Below are positions 17,532 through 28,171 of a stretch of DNA of 64,000 nt, piece by piece. The position numbers and the translations under genes were made by a program. The notes below the pieces were generated by a model. That model made no database searches, was not told the DNA's origin, and saw nothing but the letters and a program-made list of their open reading frames with translations. This DNA is from an uncultured Planctomycetales bacterium (GTDB lineage Bacteria > Omnitrophota > Gorgyraeia > Gygaellales > Profunditerraquicolaceae), in the NCBI GenBank assembly GCA_964427405.1, contig CAYRUB010000001.1, forward strand, positions 157,884 through 221,883, given 5' to 3'. Within the stretch, counting starts at the first letter, position 1; the number at the start of each line of letters is the position of its first letter.

Positions 17532-18821
17532 TCATTCCTCCTCTCCCTTACTTTCAGATACGGGTAGATACATCTCCTGCTTATCCTGCTTTTCAGTAGT
17601 TTCATCGAAATACGAAGTAGTACCGTCATCGTTTATAATGGTGTTGAGTTTCTCTTTCTCTGATTCTGATAAGATACCAGACATGGCTTCGTTGTAGTCT
17701 TTGTAGATCTGTCTTTCCTCTTTAAATCTTTCTAACTTTTCCTTCAGGTAATCATAATCCCTCTCAAACACGCCTCTCTGCACATCATCCAATCCTGGCG
17801 CGCGCATAGCTTCCAACAGGTCATCCATTGCCTGCCTGCATTGAGATATAGTTTTAAAATAAGCTATGTCAGAAGATAGCTTGGAAACAGCAATATATTG
17901 TTTTGCCTTAGGCATTAAGGTGATGTTTCTGATCTGCTCTTCTGTCACCGGGTTATTAGGCAAAGATAGCTCTTTTAAAGAGTCATTAGATAATGTTTTT
18001 GAATTCAAGTATCCATCCGTAAGGGAAAACAGCTTATTAGAGGTATCAGTTCTAAACTCATCGTTTACTTTGTAAATGGATTTTTCTCCCTTATTGTTTT
18101 CAATCTGGGATGCAGTAATTGTGGTTTCACCTACCACTGACTTAACAAAATCTTTCCTGTCATCAGGGATACTTATCTTTTTAAAGATATCGGAAAGCAC
18201 ATTAATCTTACCTCCCTGTGCCAAGGGAATGCCTTCGGCATTCTTCAGGAAGGCAAAAGGGTCTTTATTTTCTTTGCAAGCTTTAAGAGCGTTGTCTATA
18301 TCCAAACCCGTACCGACCTTTTCTTTAACACACTCACTTTCGCTTTTCTTCCTTAGCTTATCCATGTATTCACCGGCTGCCTTCTCGATGTCTTCGCACT
18401 GGGCATACCTTAAGCCTAAGCGCATATTTGTCATGGCATTAAAATGCTTGATGATATCAGCTAAAGTCGGTGAAACATACTCCAATAATAGCATGGGCGC
18501 AGCTGCCATGGCTTCGCTGGAGATACCTTTCATATAATCCGCCAGAATCTGCTCTGAAAGTACGCTATTAAAGCTTGAGGCAAGGTCAAAACCGCTGCAT
18601 CCTTTTGAGCCGCTAAGAATAGAATAACCTACTCCCGGCTCATCAGGCGGGACATTAGGATGATAATCAATACCTCCGCGGTAATAGAATCCGGTCCTAT
18701 CTTCGGAAATAGCGCTATCAATGGTATAAAGGCTAGAGGCATCATCTTTAGAGAAGATATCGGCATAGCTTATATGTGTTAGAGCCAAAATGAGAATTAA
18801 TAATATTAGGACTTTCTTCAT
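17532..18821 (-). CDS. TraH-like conjugation protein
   Basis: Signal peptide; GCSGFDL...LL..VSP...CE pattern; follows TraF-like gene. Confidence 0.55.
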   Translation of the reverse strand: MKKVLILLILILALTHISYADIFSKDDASSLYTIDSAISEDRTGFYYRGGIDYHPNVPPDEPGVGYSILSGSKGCSGFDLASSFNSVLSEQILADYMKGISSEAMAAAPMLLLEYVSPTLADIIKHFNAMTNMRLGLRYAQCEDIEKAAGEYMDKLRKKSESECVKEKVGTGLDIDNALKACKENKDPFAFLKNAEGIPLAQGGKINVLSDIFKKISIPDDRKDFVKSVVGETTITASQIENNKGEKSIYKVNDEFRTDTSNKLFSLTDGYLNSKTLSNDSLKELSLPNNPVTEEQIRNITLMPKAKQYIAVSKLSSDIAYFKTISQCRQAMDDLLEAMRAPGLDDVQRGVFERDYDYLKEKLERFKEERQIYKDYNEAMSGILSESEKEKLNTIINDDGTTSYFDETTEKQDKQEMYLPVSESKGEEE

Positions 18822-19546
18822 TGAAATAGCTTTAATATCCTCTCCTCATCCATAAATCTAGATAGAAAATATCTCTGCTTTTTTTTGTTAAATACCGCAA
18901 TGCTTGGATAAGAATTAATCTTAAAAAGTCTGCTCATGCCGTTATCCTGTCTTGCCGGAAACCTAAACTCCTCCAATTCTCTGTCAGAAAAACCTTTGGT
19001 AAAGGCCTCAATTCTTATTTCAGGATGATTGAGGTAGATATCCTCTATCACCCGGGATTCCTTCTCGCAAGTCGGGCAGCCTTTTAGCATAAAATAAAAC
19101 AGGTATCCTGTTCCGGCTCTAGTGTCATCGCTCGAATCTTTAAAAGTTTCGCTGGATTTAAGCTCAAGCAGGCCTTTTGTTTCCTTCATTACATCAATCT
19201 CCTTTGCTTCTTTCTTTAGCAATTCCTGGGCTAAGATGAATTTCTTGATCCTTTTTAAATTCCACTGTAAATACGCCTTTGCGCTTTCCGGGTCAGGCTT
19301 ATCCAGAAAATCCCTTACCTCTTTAGGCGGGACATAGATAGTTACCTGTCCTGAAGGGCTGATTATCGGCTCAGCCCATTCGTCCGAAAGGATTTCGGAA
19401 GAATTGTTAGTATCTGCTGCTGCCGGTTCATTCTGCACCTCTGTCTCTTGGAAAAAATCAATCCGTCTATACTGAAAGATATTTTCTGCTTTTGCCAAAA
19501 CAAGATGAAATAGGAAAATAATAAACATAAGAATAAATAGTCTCAT
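18818..19546 (-). CDS. TraF-like thioredoxin-fold conjugation protein
   Basis: P..E.AKAY region, YFMLKGCPTC. Confidence 0.65.
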   Translation of the reverse strand: MRLFILMFIIFLFHLVLAKAENIFQYRRIDFFQETEVQNEPAAADTNNSSEILSDEWAEPIISPSGQVTIYVPPKEVRDFLDKPDPESAKAYLQWNLKRIKKFILAQELLKKEAKEIDVMKETKGLLELKSSETFKDSSDDTRAGTGYLFYFMLKGCPTCEKESRVIEDIYLNHPEIRIEAFTKGFSDRELEEFRFPARQDNGMSRLFKINSYPSIAVFNKKKQRYFLSRFMDEERILKLFQ

Positions 19547-20097
19547 TTATAAAGTTTTGATATGAAATCATTAAAGTCAGATAAACCGGTTAGTTTTTGC
19601 TGGCTGCCGTTTTGAGTAATGATGTAAACCGGTGTCTTAATGATATTAAACTCTTTTGTAAGGATGCCACTTAGGTCAATGCTTAATTCAATACCAGAGC
19701 CAAAAAACTTCTGTTTAGTAAGCAGCTTTTGTTTTAAATTGTTCGAACTTCCGGTAATAACTCCCTTAACTTCCCAGCTGGGGTTATTATCCTTAAATCT
19801 AATCAAAGAACTAACCGCCTGGTCAAAAGAACTGTCGCTAAGATCGATAAATAAGGTAATCTCATTGCCGCTGGCATTCTTATTGAGATTGTTGGAAATC
19901 TTCTTTTCTATTGCTGCAACTTTATCTTTTAAATCCGGATTCAAATTGAGTGGATCGCCTTTACATTCGCTGCAGGCGCTTTGCTGTATTGAAGTATCTT
20001 TTTCATCGAAAAATCCCGCAATTACACAAGCCGGATTGAATAATATAAAAATACTTAAGACTGCACTTAATAAATACAACATATTCTTCTTCTCCAA
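19543..20097 (-). CDS. TrbC(F-type)-like protein
   Basis: IDL...EFNIIKTP; follows traU. Confidence 0.5.
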   Translation of the reverse strand: MEKKNMLYLLSAVLSIFILFNPACVIAGFFDEKDTSIQQSACSECKGDPLNLNPDLKDKVAAIEKKISNNLNKNASGNEITLFIDLSDSSFDQAVSSLIRFKDNNPSWEVKGVITGSSNNLKQKLLTKQKFFGSGIELSIDLSGILTKEFNIIKTPVYIITQNGSQQKLTGLSDFNDFISKLYK

Positions 20098-20975
20098 TAT
20101 ACCCAGAGGTATTTACCACTAGGAGATAATTTCCCAGATTCCCAGGTTGCCGGATGCTGACCTATTTTGATGCAGCCGGATGGATTCGGATAGATTAACT
20201 CCAGCTTATCGCTTTCAAAAGAAGGAATAAAGCCTGTTGTTTCTAAAACAATGTGCGAAGTAGAACCCAAGAGCGAAGCAATACTAATTGCTCTAGTTGC
20301 AGCTATTGCGCTTCCCACCACCTCGCTCTGATGCGTAACAAAACCGCGCCTGGGGTAAGTCGCTCCCCAGAACCCCATGCACAGATCATCCAAAAATGCT
20401 CCTGTTGCAGCGCAGGTCAGGCCACTTACTGCTGAGGCGATACTTTTTGGATGCAAAACCTCAATAGCCCCTATACGCCATTCCGCAGAATCTAATTCCG
20501 AGAGATACTTGATAAATGAGCCCGTTGGTAATTTATCTGGACACTGCATATCAATAAAAGACATAATTTCATCCCTGAACGGGAATTCATACACGTGCGC
20601 TTCATTAAACTGCAGGTTAGTGCCGGTTATCTTACTAGAGCTGGATCCGCTTGAAACACCTACAGGCAATCCGGTAAGCCCGGACATAAGGCTTTTAGCC
20701 CTCTGAGCTGCCATATCAGCGATAACCAGCTTTAGCGAATCGATTACACTGTCACCCGGGCGCTTGACGGTTTCAATTAAAAGAGCTGGTTCCCAATACA
20801 TGATTACGACCCCAGGGATACCAATAGGATTCACGCATACGCCGATTCCCCTTAGGTCTATGCAGTTTAAATTTACCATTCCCAGGATATCGATAGACTC
20901 AAGGGCAAAAGCTTTTCCTAATAAAACGAATAGGAACAAAACAATGCTGAAAGCCTTCTTTAATTTAGAGGTCAT
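20067..20975 (-). CDS. traU: TraU-family protein
   Basis: YWEP..LIE, YLSELD, WG.TYPRRGF, YLWVYWRRRICC. Confidence 0.8.
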   Translation of the reverse strand: MTSKLKKAFSIVLFLFVLLGKAFALESIDILGMVNLNCIDLRGIGVCVNPIGIPGVVIMYWEPALLIETVKRPGDSVIDSLKLVIADMAAQRAKSLMSGLTGLPVGVSSGSSSSKITGTNLQFNEAHVYEFPFRDEIMSFIDMQCPDKLPTGSFIKYLSELDSAEWRIGAIEVLHPKSIASAVSGLTCAATGAFLDDLCMGFWGATYPRRGFVTHQSEVVGSAIAATRAISIASLLGSTSHIVLETTGFIPSFESDKLELIYPNPSGCIKIGQHPATWESGKLSPSGKYLWVYWRRRICCIY

Positions 20976-20979
20976 TGTT

Positions 20980-21807
20980 TTATGAGATTTTCATAATGAA
21001 GCAAAGGGCGTAATACGGCGGCAGTATGTTATGCGGCTGACCTCCACCCATGCTGCTGGTATTTGAAACTTGTGTTCCAGTACATAAAGGAGAACTGTGT
21101 CCATCATACCTGCTGTAGAATGTAGGTTCATTGTAAGCATGTGAATGTGCAGGCATCTCAACAATAGTTAAGATATGTTTTGCCTCTCCTCCAATCTTAG
21201 TTAATGAACCGGAAACATTCGTCATTGAAATACCACCTGAATCCTGCCTTGCTCCCACCACAAACCTGTCCCTTAAATCAGGGGTGCCATTCGTGCCATC
21301 GCAGAGCTGCCAGCCTGCAGGTATGGAAGCAACAGTACCTGGCCAGATAACGATTGAACCTATGGGGAGAGAATTATTTTGACTACCGGGTACAGGCACA
21401 GTGGTGCCGACAATAACGCCTGATACAGAAGTAGTAGGCAGGTCTCTTGCCACAAGATTAGTCCACTCTTGGGGCACAGTGGTTGATACCGTAAAAGCGC
21501 TTGTGTTTGAGGAAATAGTGTAAGCATTCTGCCAGGGATTAAAAGCACTCCAAGAAGGATTTAAGTATCCTGCGTTTTGTAAAACCTGGATACTCGCGGG
21601 CCAGGCGTTGTTAGTTGCGTAATACGATAATGCCGCCTGCTCTATTGTTGACATCTCAAGAGCAGTCTTTTCCCCAGCTTTAATCTGCATTCTTTTAATA
21701 AAGACAGGCGTAATGGATGAGGTTAGAATGACCAAAACCCCAAGAGCAATACAGAGCTCAATAAGGGAAAAACCCTTTTTATTGTTTATAGATGTATTTT
21801 TTCTCAT
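20980..21807 (-). CDS. type IV minor pilin fused to a phage tail-collar/fibre-like domain
   Basis: GFSLIEL; PIGSIVIW...GWQLCDG...TPDLRDRF...EMPAHSH...PPYYAL. Confidence 0.8.
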   Translation of the reverse strand: MRKNTSINNKKGFSLIELCIALGVLVILTSSITPVFIKRMQIKAGEKTALEMSTIEQAALSYYATNNAWPASIQVLQNAGYLNPSWSAFNPWQNAYTISSNTSAFTVSTTVPQEWTNLVARDLPTTSVSGVIVGTTVPVPGSQNNSLPIGSIVIWPGTVASIPAGWQLCDGTNGTPDLRDRFVVGARQDSGGISMTNVSGSLTKIGGEAKHILTIVEMPAHSHAYNEPTFYSRYDGHSSPLCTGTQVSNTSSMGGGQPHNILPPYYALCFIMKIS

Positions 21808-22252
21808 ACTTTAATTTCCAGGTTATTGATTCTAATGACTTAGTAACACTCACTAAATCGTTATTGCCTTGGTTTACCACCACAATTTCGCTACCGTAAC
21901 CTTTAGAGGTGATCAGGCCTTTTGGCAGAAGTGTAGATACCGAAACACTTGATGTGTTGGAGGTAATTATATAAGCATTACCAAAAGGATTAACATCGCA
22001 TGCCTCTTGCACCAGATAGCTGGGGCGTAGGTCGAATAAACTCACCGGCCACGCCCCACGCTCGCTGTAGAATCTCGTGCTTGCCAAAGCTATTGAATCC
22101 AGTTCTTCAAGCGCTCTTATGCCTGAAGCAACCTGGCGTATTTTTGCCGCAGAACAAAACACTGCGGAAATAAATACCCCTGCCAGCATAAGCACAAGGC
22201 TCAGTTCGACTAAACTAAATCCCCTCCTCCTTTTTAAAACGTTATCGTCCAT
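21779..22252 (-). CDS. type IV minor pilin
   Basis: RRGFSLVEL prepilin motif; NPFG. Confidence 0.8.
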   Translation of the reverse strand: MDDNVLKRRRGFSLVELSLVLMLAGVFISAVFCSAAKIRQVASGIRALEELDSIALASTRFYSERGAWPVSLFDLRPSYLVQEACDVNPFGNAYIITSNTSSVSVSTLLPKGLITSKGYGSEIVVVNQGNNDLVSVTKSLESITWKLKYEKKYIYKQ

Positions 22253-22668
22253 GTTTCAGATGCATAGCTTGTTGCTGCCGCGCTGTTAGCAAACAAGGCG
22301 CTCAGGCGCGCCGCCGCAGCAGCACTTACGCCGGTAAGTGAAATATCAACCTTATTGGCGTCGGTGTTCGGGTCTATCGCGTAGTTGCCGCCCCAGGGGT
22401 TTGAACCTGTTGCGGAAAATGCAGCAGGCAGATACCCTGACGTCTGCAGGCCCGCTACGCTTATTCCGGTATAGGTCATACTACCGCCTGCAATGTAGCT
22501 TTCCGCAGCCGTCCTTAGGGCCTTGACCGATTCGGAAGCCGAATGCACCTTGGCATTCTCCCTGATACCGCTGGTTAAACCTACTGCCATGATCAGAAGC
22601 GCGATGATGCTTATGACCAAGACCAGTTCGATCAGCGTAAAACCGCTTTTCTTGCTCCTTAACCTCAT
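22234..22668 (-). CDS. type IV pilin, probable major subunit
   Basis: MRLRSKKSGFTLIEL; strong SD AGGAGGTG; NPWGG. Confidence 0.82.
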   Translation of the reverse strand: MRLRSKKSGFTLIELVLVISIIALLIMAVGLTSGIRENAKVHSASESVKALRTAAESYIAGGSMTYTGISVAGLQTSGYLPAAFSATGSNPWGGNYAIDPNTDANKVDISLTGVSAAAAARLSALFANSAAATSYASETWTITF

Positions 22669-22687
22669 TGCTCTCACCTCCTTTCTC

Positions 22688-23893
22688 CTAAAACTTAACA
22701 TTGCCTCCCGCAATGTTGGAAAGATTGCTGTAAACCGGCGTGATGAATGCCGAGACAACAAATAACAGAATCAGGGCGCAGAACACTAAAAGCGCAGGCT
22801 GGATAAAACTCAAAATTACGCGCGTGCGCCTTGAAACCTTCTCAAAATAATACTTGGAAAGATTCTGCAGATACTCATCAAGCGAACCCATTTCTTCGCC
22901 TTTTCTTACCGAATAATATATGAATGACGGAAAGAAAGAATCCTTGGCAAGCGCCTGCCAGAAACTTAGACCGCTTGCGATGTAGTCTTTTAGCCTGCCG
23001 ATCTTTTTGGCTAAGAACTGATAGGAAGTGGTTTCCTCAATCAGCGAAAGTGCATCAGCGATATTGATGCCGTTTCTTGAGAGGATCGCAAGGTTAGAGA
23101 AAAACACGCTGAAAGCCGCGTCTTTTGCAACCGGTCCGAAGAGCGGGATTTTGTAATAGTAAGAAGCAAGCCTTCCAGCTGGGCTTTTCCTGAACCTTGA
23201 ATAAATAAAAATACCGGCAACAGGGAACAATAGGCAGACAAACCAGTAATCCTTCAGGAAATGGCTTAAAAATAAAAGCAGCCTGGTTGAGAAATAATTG
23301 TTCCCCCTTATGGGAAGAAGCGCTTCCAGGTGCGGAATTACCTTAAAGGAAACATAGAACATTATCCCAATGAGCATAGAGAATACGACTGCCGGATAAA
23401 TCACAGCGTTCCTTAAACTGCGCAGGAATTCCGCCTCCCTGGAATAATACTGCGCCAGGTCAACAAAGACTTGCTCTAAGCTACCGGACTTCTCTCCTAC
23501 CTTAAGCGTGTTTAAAACCAGCCAAGGGAAAACTTTTGTTTTCTCAAAGGCCTTAGCCAGAGAAAAACCGTTGGCAAGATCATATTCGATCCCCGATAAG
23601 GCTTTAGACAATACCTTATCAATGGATGACTCGCGCAGAGCGCTTATCGCCTCGTTCATGGCAATACCGGTTTTAAGCATATTAGCCAAATCCTCAAAAA
23701 ATAAAGACAGACTTTGCGCCTTGACGGTCTTTTTTTCCAGGATAAACTTTATTGACTTAAAGAAATCCGCTTCCAGGGACAATATGTAATAATTTTTCTC
23801 TTTTAGCCTTTTCGCTATTTCTGGGGATGTCCCCCGCTCAAAGCCTTTGATTTCATTTCCGGTTTGAGTCAAGACGCTGTATCTGTAATACAT
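22688..23893 (-). CDS. PilC/GspF inner-membrane platform protein
   Basis: GEKSGSL, IYP, GEEMGSL duplicated T2SSF pattern. Confidence 0.9.
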   Translation of the reverse strand: MYYRYSVLTQTGNEIKGFERGTSPEIAKRLKEKNYYILSLEADFFKSIKFILEKKTVKAQSLSLFFEDLANMLKTGIAMNEAISALRESSIDKVLSKALSGIEYDLANGFSLAKAFEKTKVFPWLVLNTLKVGEKSGSLEQVFVDLAQYYSREAEFLRSLRNAVIYPAVVFSMLIGIMFYVSFKVIPHLEALLPIRGNNYFSTRLLLFLSHFLKDYWFVCLLFPVAGIFIYSRFRKSPAGRLASYYYKIPLFGPVAKDAAFSVFFSNLAILSRNGINIADALSLIEETTSYQFLAKKIGRLKDYIASGLSFWQALAKDSFFPSFIYYSVRKGEEMGSLDEYLQNLSKYYFEKVSRRTRVILSFIQPALLVFCALILLFVVSAFITPVYSNLSNIAGGNVKF

Positions 23894-25537
23894 CTATCCG
23901 AGTATCCTTTCCGCTTCTTCAAGTGAGGTTAGTCCTTTTAAAAGAAGCGTTCCCGCGTCCTGCTCCAAAGTTAGATACGCTTTTTCTCTCCATTTGTGCC
24001 TCAACTGGTCGAGTTTTCCGGAAGCAACCATGTCGCGGATTTCCTCGTCAAAATCCAGGATCTCGGCAATTACGGTACGCCCTTTATAACCTCCCTGGCA
24101 GTGTTCGCAGCCCCCTGCCTTAAACAAACGAATCTCATTTTCGTTTTCGCCAAGCAGGAGATTCTTAAAAGAATCAGGCATATTTTCCTTTTTAACCTTA
24201 ACCCTCTTCCTGCAGAAAGGGCAGAGCTTGCGTATTAGCCTTTGGGAAATGACACAAAGAATACTGTTTGCGATATAAGACAGATCGATACCTAAGTCAT
24301 GCAGCCTGTAAATGGAATCTACCGCGGTATTGGTATGCAATGTAGAAAGCACCCTGTGGCCGGTGATGGATGCTCGTATAGCTTCCTGCGCCGTATCAGC
24401 GTCTCTAATTTCGCCGATTAAAATAATGTTAGGATCATGCCTTAAGAAGGCTCTTGTGGCATGGGCAAAGCTTATGCCCTGTTTTTCGTTAATCTGCACC
24501 TGGTTTATAAGCGGCATTTTAATCTCCACAGGATCCTCAATAGTCAATACTTTTGTGGAGAGGTCTTTAAGCTGATTCAAGATGGCATAGAGTGTGGTGG
24601 TTTTACCGCTTCCTGTGGGCCCGGTGATAATGATAATACCGTGGGGCTTACGCACTATGCGGCGTATATTGTCAAAGTGCAAATCATCAAAACCCAGGTT
24701 GGGAAGAGTAATCAGGGTTTTATTTACATTCAAGAGCCTTAGAACAAGCGCCGGACCGAAAACAGAGGGAATGCTCGATACCCGGATATCCACGGAATGA
24801 TCCGAATAAGTGTGCTGGAACCTGGCGTCATGGAAGCGGTAAAAGTCAGATACGGTAATCTCTGCGCGGCTAAAAACCACATTTATTAAGTTGTTATGCA
24901 CCTCCAAAGGTATACAAAACTTAAAGTAAAGTATGCCGTCGATCCTGAAGCGTATGGTGGATATTTTTTCTTCAGGCTCAATGTGGATATCGGTGGCATT
25001 ATGGATAATCGCGTCATTAAGCAGCTCATCCAAGAGCTCTTTTAGCTCATCGCCAACAACGCCTCTTTCCTTAAGCAGGTTTATTCTCTTGTCAATCTCC
25101 TGCTTTATTTTTTTGTTCTTAAGCAGCTCCAGATGCGCTCGGATTGTGCTTTCGCTGCCGATATAAAACTCTTTGTCGCGCAGCCCCAAGATAGCTAAAA
25201 GATCAGTTGCCTCGATATCAAAAGGATAGGCGAAAATAAAGCTAAGTCCGTTCTCTGTTTCAACCGGGACAAATGCCCTGTCTATCAGAAAATCCAGGCC
25301 TATCTTTTCTATTACCGGAAGGTCTAAGACATACTTTTTGTCAAAATACCTCCAGCCAACCTGCCTTGCTAATGCCCTTGCTATATCTTCGTCGCTTGCG
25401 AAGTTGTAATATTTAAGAATCCTTCCTAACCTTTGACCGGGGCTGGTATTCCTCTGAATAGTCAGGGCAAATTCAAGCTGCTCTTTGGTGATTACTTTAG
25501 AGCTTAAAAGGATGTTTCCTATTTCTTGTACAGGCAT
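23894..25537 (-). CDS. PilB/GspE pilus assembly ATPase
   Basis: GPTGSGKTT, TIEDPVE, LRHDP, GEIRD, TLHTN, tetra-Cys motif. Confidence 0.93.
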   Translation of the reverse strand: MPVQEIGNILLSSKVITKEQLEFALTIQRNTSPGQRLGRILKYYNFASDEDIARALARQVGWRYFDKKYVLDLPVIEKIGLDFLIDRAFVPVETENGLSFIFAYPFDIEATDLLAILGLRDKEFYIGSESTIRAHLELLKNKKIKQEIDKRINLLKERGVVGDELKELLDELLNDAIIHNATDIHIEPEEKISTIRFRIDGILYFKFCIPLEVHNNLINVVFSRAEITVSDFYRFHDARFQHTYSDHSVDIRVSSIPSVFGPALVLRLLNVNKTLITLPNLGFDDLHFDNIRRIVRKPHGIIIITGPTGSGKTTTLYAILNQLKDLSTKVLTIEDPVEIKMPLINQVQINEKQGISFAHATRAFLRHDPNIILIGEIRDADTAQEAIRASITGHRVLSTLHTNTAVDSIYRLHDLGIDLSYIANSILCVISQRLIRKLCPFCRKRVKVKKENMPDSFKNLLLGENENEIRLFKAGGCEHCQGGYKGRTVIAEILDFDEEIRDMVASGKLDQLRHKWREKAYLTLEQDAGTLLLKGLTSLEEAERILG

Positions 25538-25538
25538 T

Positions 25539-26168
25539 TTAGTTCATGAAGTTAAGTTTAAACGAGCTTCCGTCAACCTGCTTAAAAGTCACACCTGTTG
25601 GCTCAATCTGTTCAACGGTCAACTTCGAAGCAATGGAATCTCCTTCCCTAAAGACATAAGGAGAGTTTTTTAAACTAACCTGTCCTTCTTTGAGATTATC
25701 CGCTATTACCAAAAGCTGTATTTTTATATCCGCAGGATCCACGAGGGGAGCTTTTACACTTTGCGTAAGCCCGCCTGGCACAGAAGAAACATCACCTTTC
25801 CCCTGTGGCAGAGCCTTGTCAATTTCAAAGATCTCTTTTTCCGCCTGTCTCTTCTTTAAAAGAAGATCACTTTTTTCAAGGTCAAGCTTGATAACTTCAA
25901 GCTCTTTTTGTTTATTTTCCAAAACCTCTCTGTAAGCCCTTATATTCTCTAGTTCCTGCTCGCCTGTATCATCAGCAGGCCTTGCTTTTTCTAAATCCGC
26001 TTCGGCTTTGACAGGATTATCTTCCTTGGGAAGAGTTTCATTTTCCTGCGCCTGAACCTTCGTTTTAGTGTCAATCTTATCCACTGCCAAGAGATTATCC
26101 TGGCAATAGCCAAACTTAAGACCTATTGCTGCCGCTACCAACACTGACAAAAACAATATTCGCTTCAT
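25539..26168 (-). CDS. hypothetical pilus protein (PilP-like position)
   Basis: Signal peptide, coiled coil, C-terminal beta domain. Confidence 0.45.
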   Translation of the reverse strand: MKRILFLSVLVAAAIGLKFGYCQDNLLAVDKIDTKTKVQAQENETLPKEDNPVKAEADLEKARPADDTGEQELENIRAYREVLENKQKELEVIKLDLEKSDLLLKKRQAEKEIFEIDKALPQGKGDVSSVPGGLTQSVKAPLVDPADIKIQLLVIADNLKEGQVSLKNSPYVFREGDSIASKLTVEQIEPTGVTFKQVDGSSFKLNFMN

Positions 26169-26190
26169 TTTTTGTTTTCCTCCTTCTTTT

Positions 26191-26676
26191 TTAAGTCCCA
26201 TAGAGCCGCATGGTTACAGTAACGATGCCTTTTTCTATGCTTACATCCAAAACATCAAGCGGCTTGGATTTCAACATTTTATAAAGCGCATCGAGTAAAT
26301 ACGAATTGCGCTGTTTTCTTAGATCAAAAGAGCATGCAAGATCAACATACTTTGCCCCCTTGTATTGAGACTCCTTGAAAAAGTTCCGGATATTTACCAG
26401 GTCTTTTGCGCCGATAATCTTAACCTCGCAAGGCGCGCGGTAATAAAAGGAGAGCTCTTTTATGTCGTTAAACACCTCAAGATAAAACTTTTCCAGGGAA
26501 AGCGGCTTCTCACTCTTATATTTAACTAGAGTTGCCTGCTCTTTTTTAATTTGGCTGATTTCGCTAACAGCGTTTTTTATGCCTCGGTTAATCGTGTTTA
26601 TTTCCGAGGCAAGATTCCACAGCAATACCATTAAAGCCAAAAGCGTTACTACAAAAATCAGGGTTATTCTTTTCAT
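26191..26676 (-). CDS. hypothetical pilus protein (PilO-like position)
   Basis: N-terminal TM segment plus coiled coil within the pil cluster. Confidence 0.45.
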   Translation of the reverse strand: MKRITLIFVVTLLALMVLLWNLASEINTINRGIKNAVSEISQIKKEQATLVKYKSEKPLSLEKFYLEVFNDIKELSFYYRAPCEVKIIGAKDLVNIRNFFKESQYKGAKYVDLACSFDLRKQRNSYLLDALYKMLKSKPLDVLDVSIEKGIVTVTMRLYGT

Positions 26677-26748
26677 AGGTTTCTTAATTTAGAGGGTGAA
26701 CCAGCGGATCAAAAAAATAATCCGGCTGGTTCACGCCTTTTAGTTTGA

Positions 26749-26979
26749 TTATTGTTGTTTCTGTTCTTCGGGAGCCGCTGCTGCGCCGGCTTCGGTCTTG
26801 TTCTGCTCTGAGAGAAAATTGATTTTCTCCATATCCAGGAATAACCACAAATCATCCTGCCCTTTTTTCGCCCAGGACGCCCTGACCGGCAGGTTGCAGA
26901 CCTTTCCCACGAAATACTCGTTATGCTGTTTGCTTACTTTCCTTGAAAGCTTTCCGATAATAAACGACATTCCATTCAC
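26749..26979 (-). CDS. small hypothetical protein
   Basis: SD AGGAGGTG; followed by a stem-loop at 26695-26737. Confidence 0.5.
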   Translation of the reverse strand: MNGMSFIIGKLSRKVSKQHNEYFVGKVCNLPVRASWAKKGQDDLWLFLDMEKINFLSEQNKTEAGAAAAPEEQKQQ

Positions 26980-26986
26980 CTCCTTT

Positions 26987-28171
26987 TTAGAGAATATCCA
27001 GGGTGATTTTTAACCCCGGGTTGTCTTTAACCAAAATGTTTTCTTGTTTAGCTCCCTTAAAAACCTTTGGTAAACTCATTTTGCTTAAAGGCTTATCCTT
27101 TGAATCAAGGGACAAAATTGATTCAAAACTGTAAAGGCCGTTTGATGCTTGCCTTATGGTGATTAGCTCTGGGCTGTATTCAAACGGCAAAGTTTTAAGA
27201 AAAGCGTTAAGGTAATAAGGGAAATTTATTTTCTTCTTATTTCGTAAAATACTTTTGTATTTCGTTAGGTAATCTTTCTCTAGCGACTTGCTTGATGATG
27301 ATGCTTCGAGCTGCAAGTTTCTTAAGCGGCTGGATGCCGTTTTATTTATGCTGTAAACCCCTAAAAGCACGGCTAATAACACTGCAATAACTCCCAGCAT
27401 TATCCCAAGTCTTAAAACACGCTTCTTGGTAACCTCCAGTTCCCTTAAATGGATGAACTGCTCAGGAAGCATATAGTGCATGGAAAACTTACCCTGCTTT
27501 AATCCGGTCAAGGCAGGATGTTTGTCTTCAACATAAACAATATTCTCCTTTGTCTCGAAGCCGCTTGAGACAATCTCATCCAGTATTTCTTTGCTATTGG
27601 TGGCAATCAAAAATTTGATTTCTTCTTCGCTTTTATTCAGAGATTTATAATGTTCTTCGCTTCGCTTTAACTCTGTAGTAATCGTCTTTAAGAATTTTGT
27701 AAGCCTGCGCGGGGTGGTAAATACCTCCTTGTTAAAAATCGTAAGCAAAACCTGGTCGCCTAAATGATCCAGAAAGACTACTTTCTTCTTTTCATCCGGC
27801 AGGTTGTTGTTTCTAAAGTACTCCCTTAAAGCAACTGCGTAAGGAACCAGGAGCTTGACATTTCCAAAACCAAGATATTTATAAACCTCGTTAATCCTGG
27901 GTTTCTCAATGGCGATAACCTGGAAGAGGTTTTCGGATATTCTTTCCGACTGCGTCAGGTATTCACCTGTAAAAGCCGATGAAAGAACTTCATCGCGCCT
28001 TAAAGGAATCTTCTCCGGAGCAGCTACCTGTTTTTGCAAGGTATCTATGACTAAAACTAAAGCTTCCATAGATGAACCCTTAAAAACAGCCTGCATATCG
28101 CTCTTAGGGGCGATTCCGGTCTTACCGTCTAAATCGTAGTAAATATCATTATCAAAAATTAGGTAGTTCAT
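26987..28171 (-). CDS. PilM/PilN-like fused pilus alignment protein
   Basis: Cytoplasmic domain, single TM, periplasmic part; gene context. Confidence 0.45.
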   Translation of the reverse strand: MNYLIFDNDIYYDLDGKTGIAPKSDMQAVFKGSSMEALVLVIDTLQKQVAAPEKIPLRRDEVLSSAFTGEYLTQSERISENLFQVIAIEKPRINEVYKYLGFGNVKLLVPYAVALREYFRNNNLPDEKKKVVFLDHLGDQVLLTIFNKEVFTTPRRLTKFLKTITTELKRSEEHYKSLNKSEEEIKFLIATNSKEILDEIVSSGFETKENIVYVEDKHPALTGLKQGKFSMHYMLPEQFIHLRELEVTKKRVLRLGIMLGVIAVLLAVLLGVYSINKTASSRLRNLQLEASSSSKSLEKDYLTKYKSILRNKKKINFPYYLNAFLKTLPFEYSPELITIRQASNGLYSFESILSLDSKDKPLSKMSLPKVFKGAKQENILVKDNPGLKITLDIL

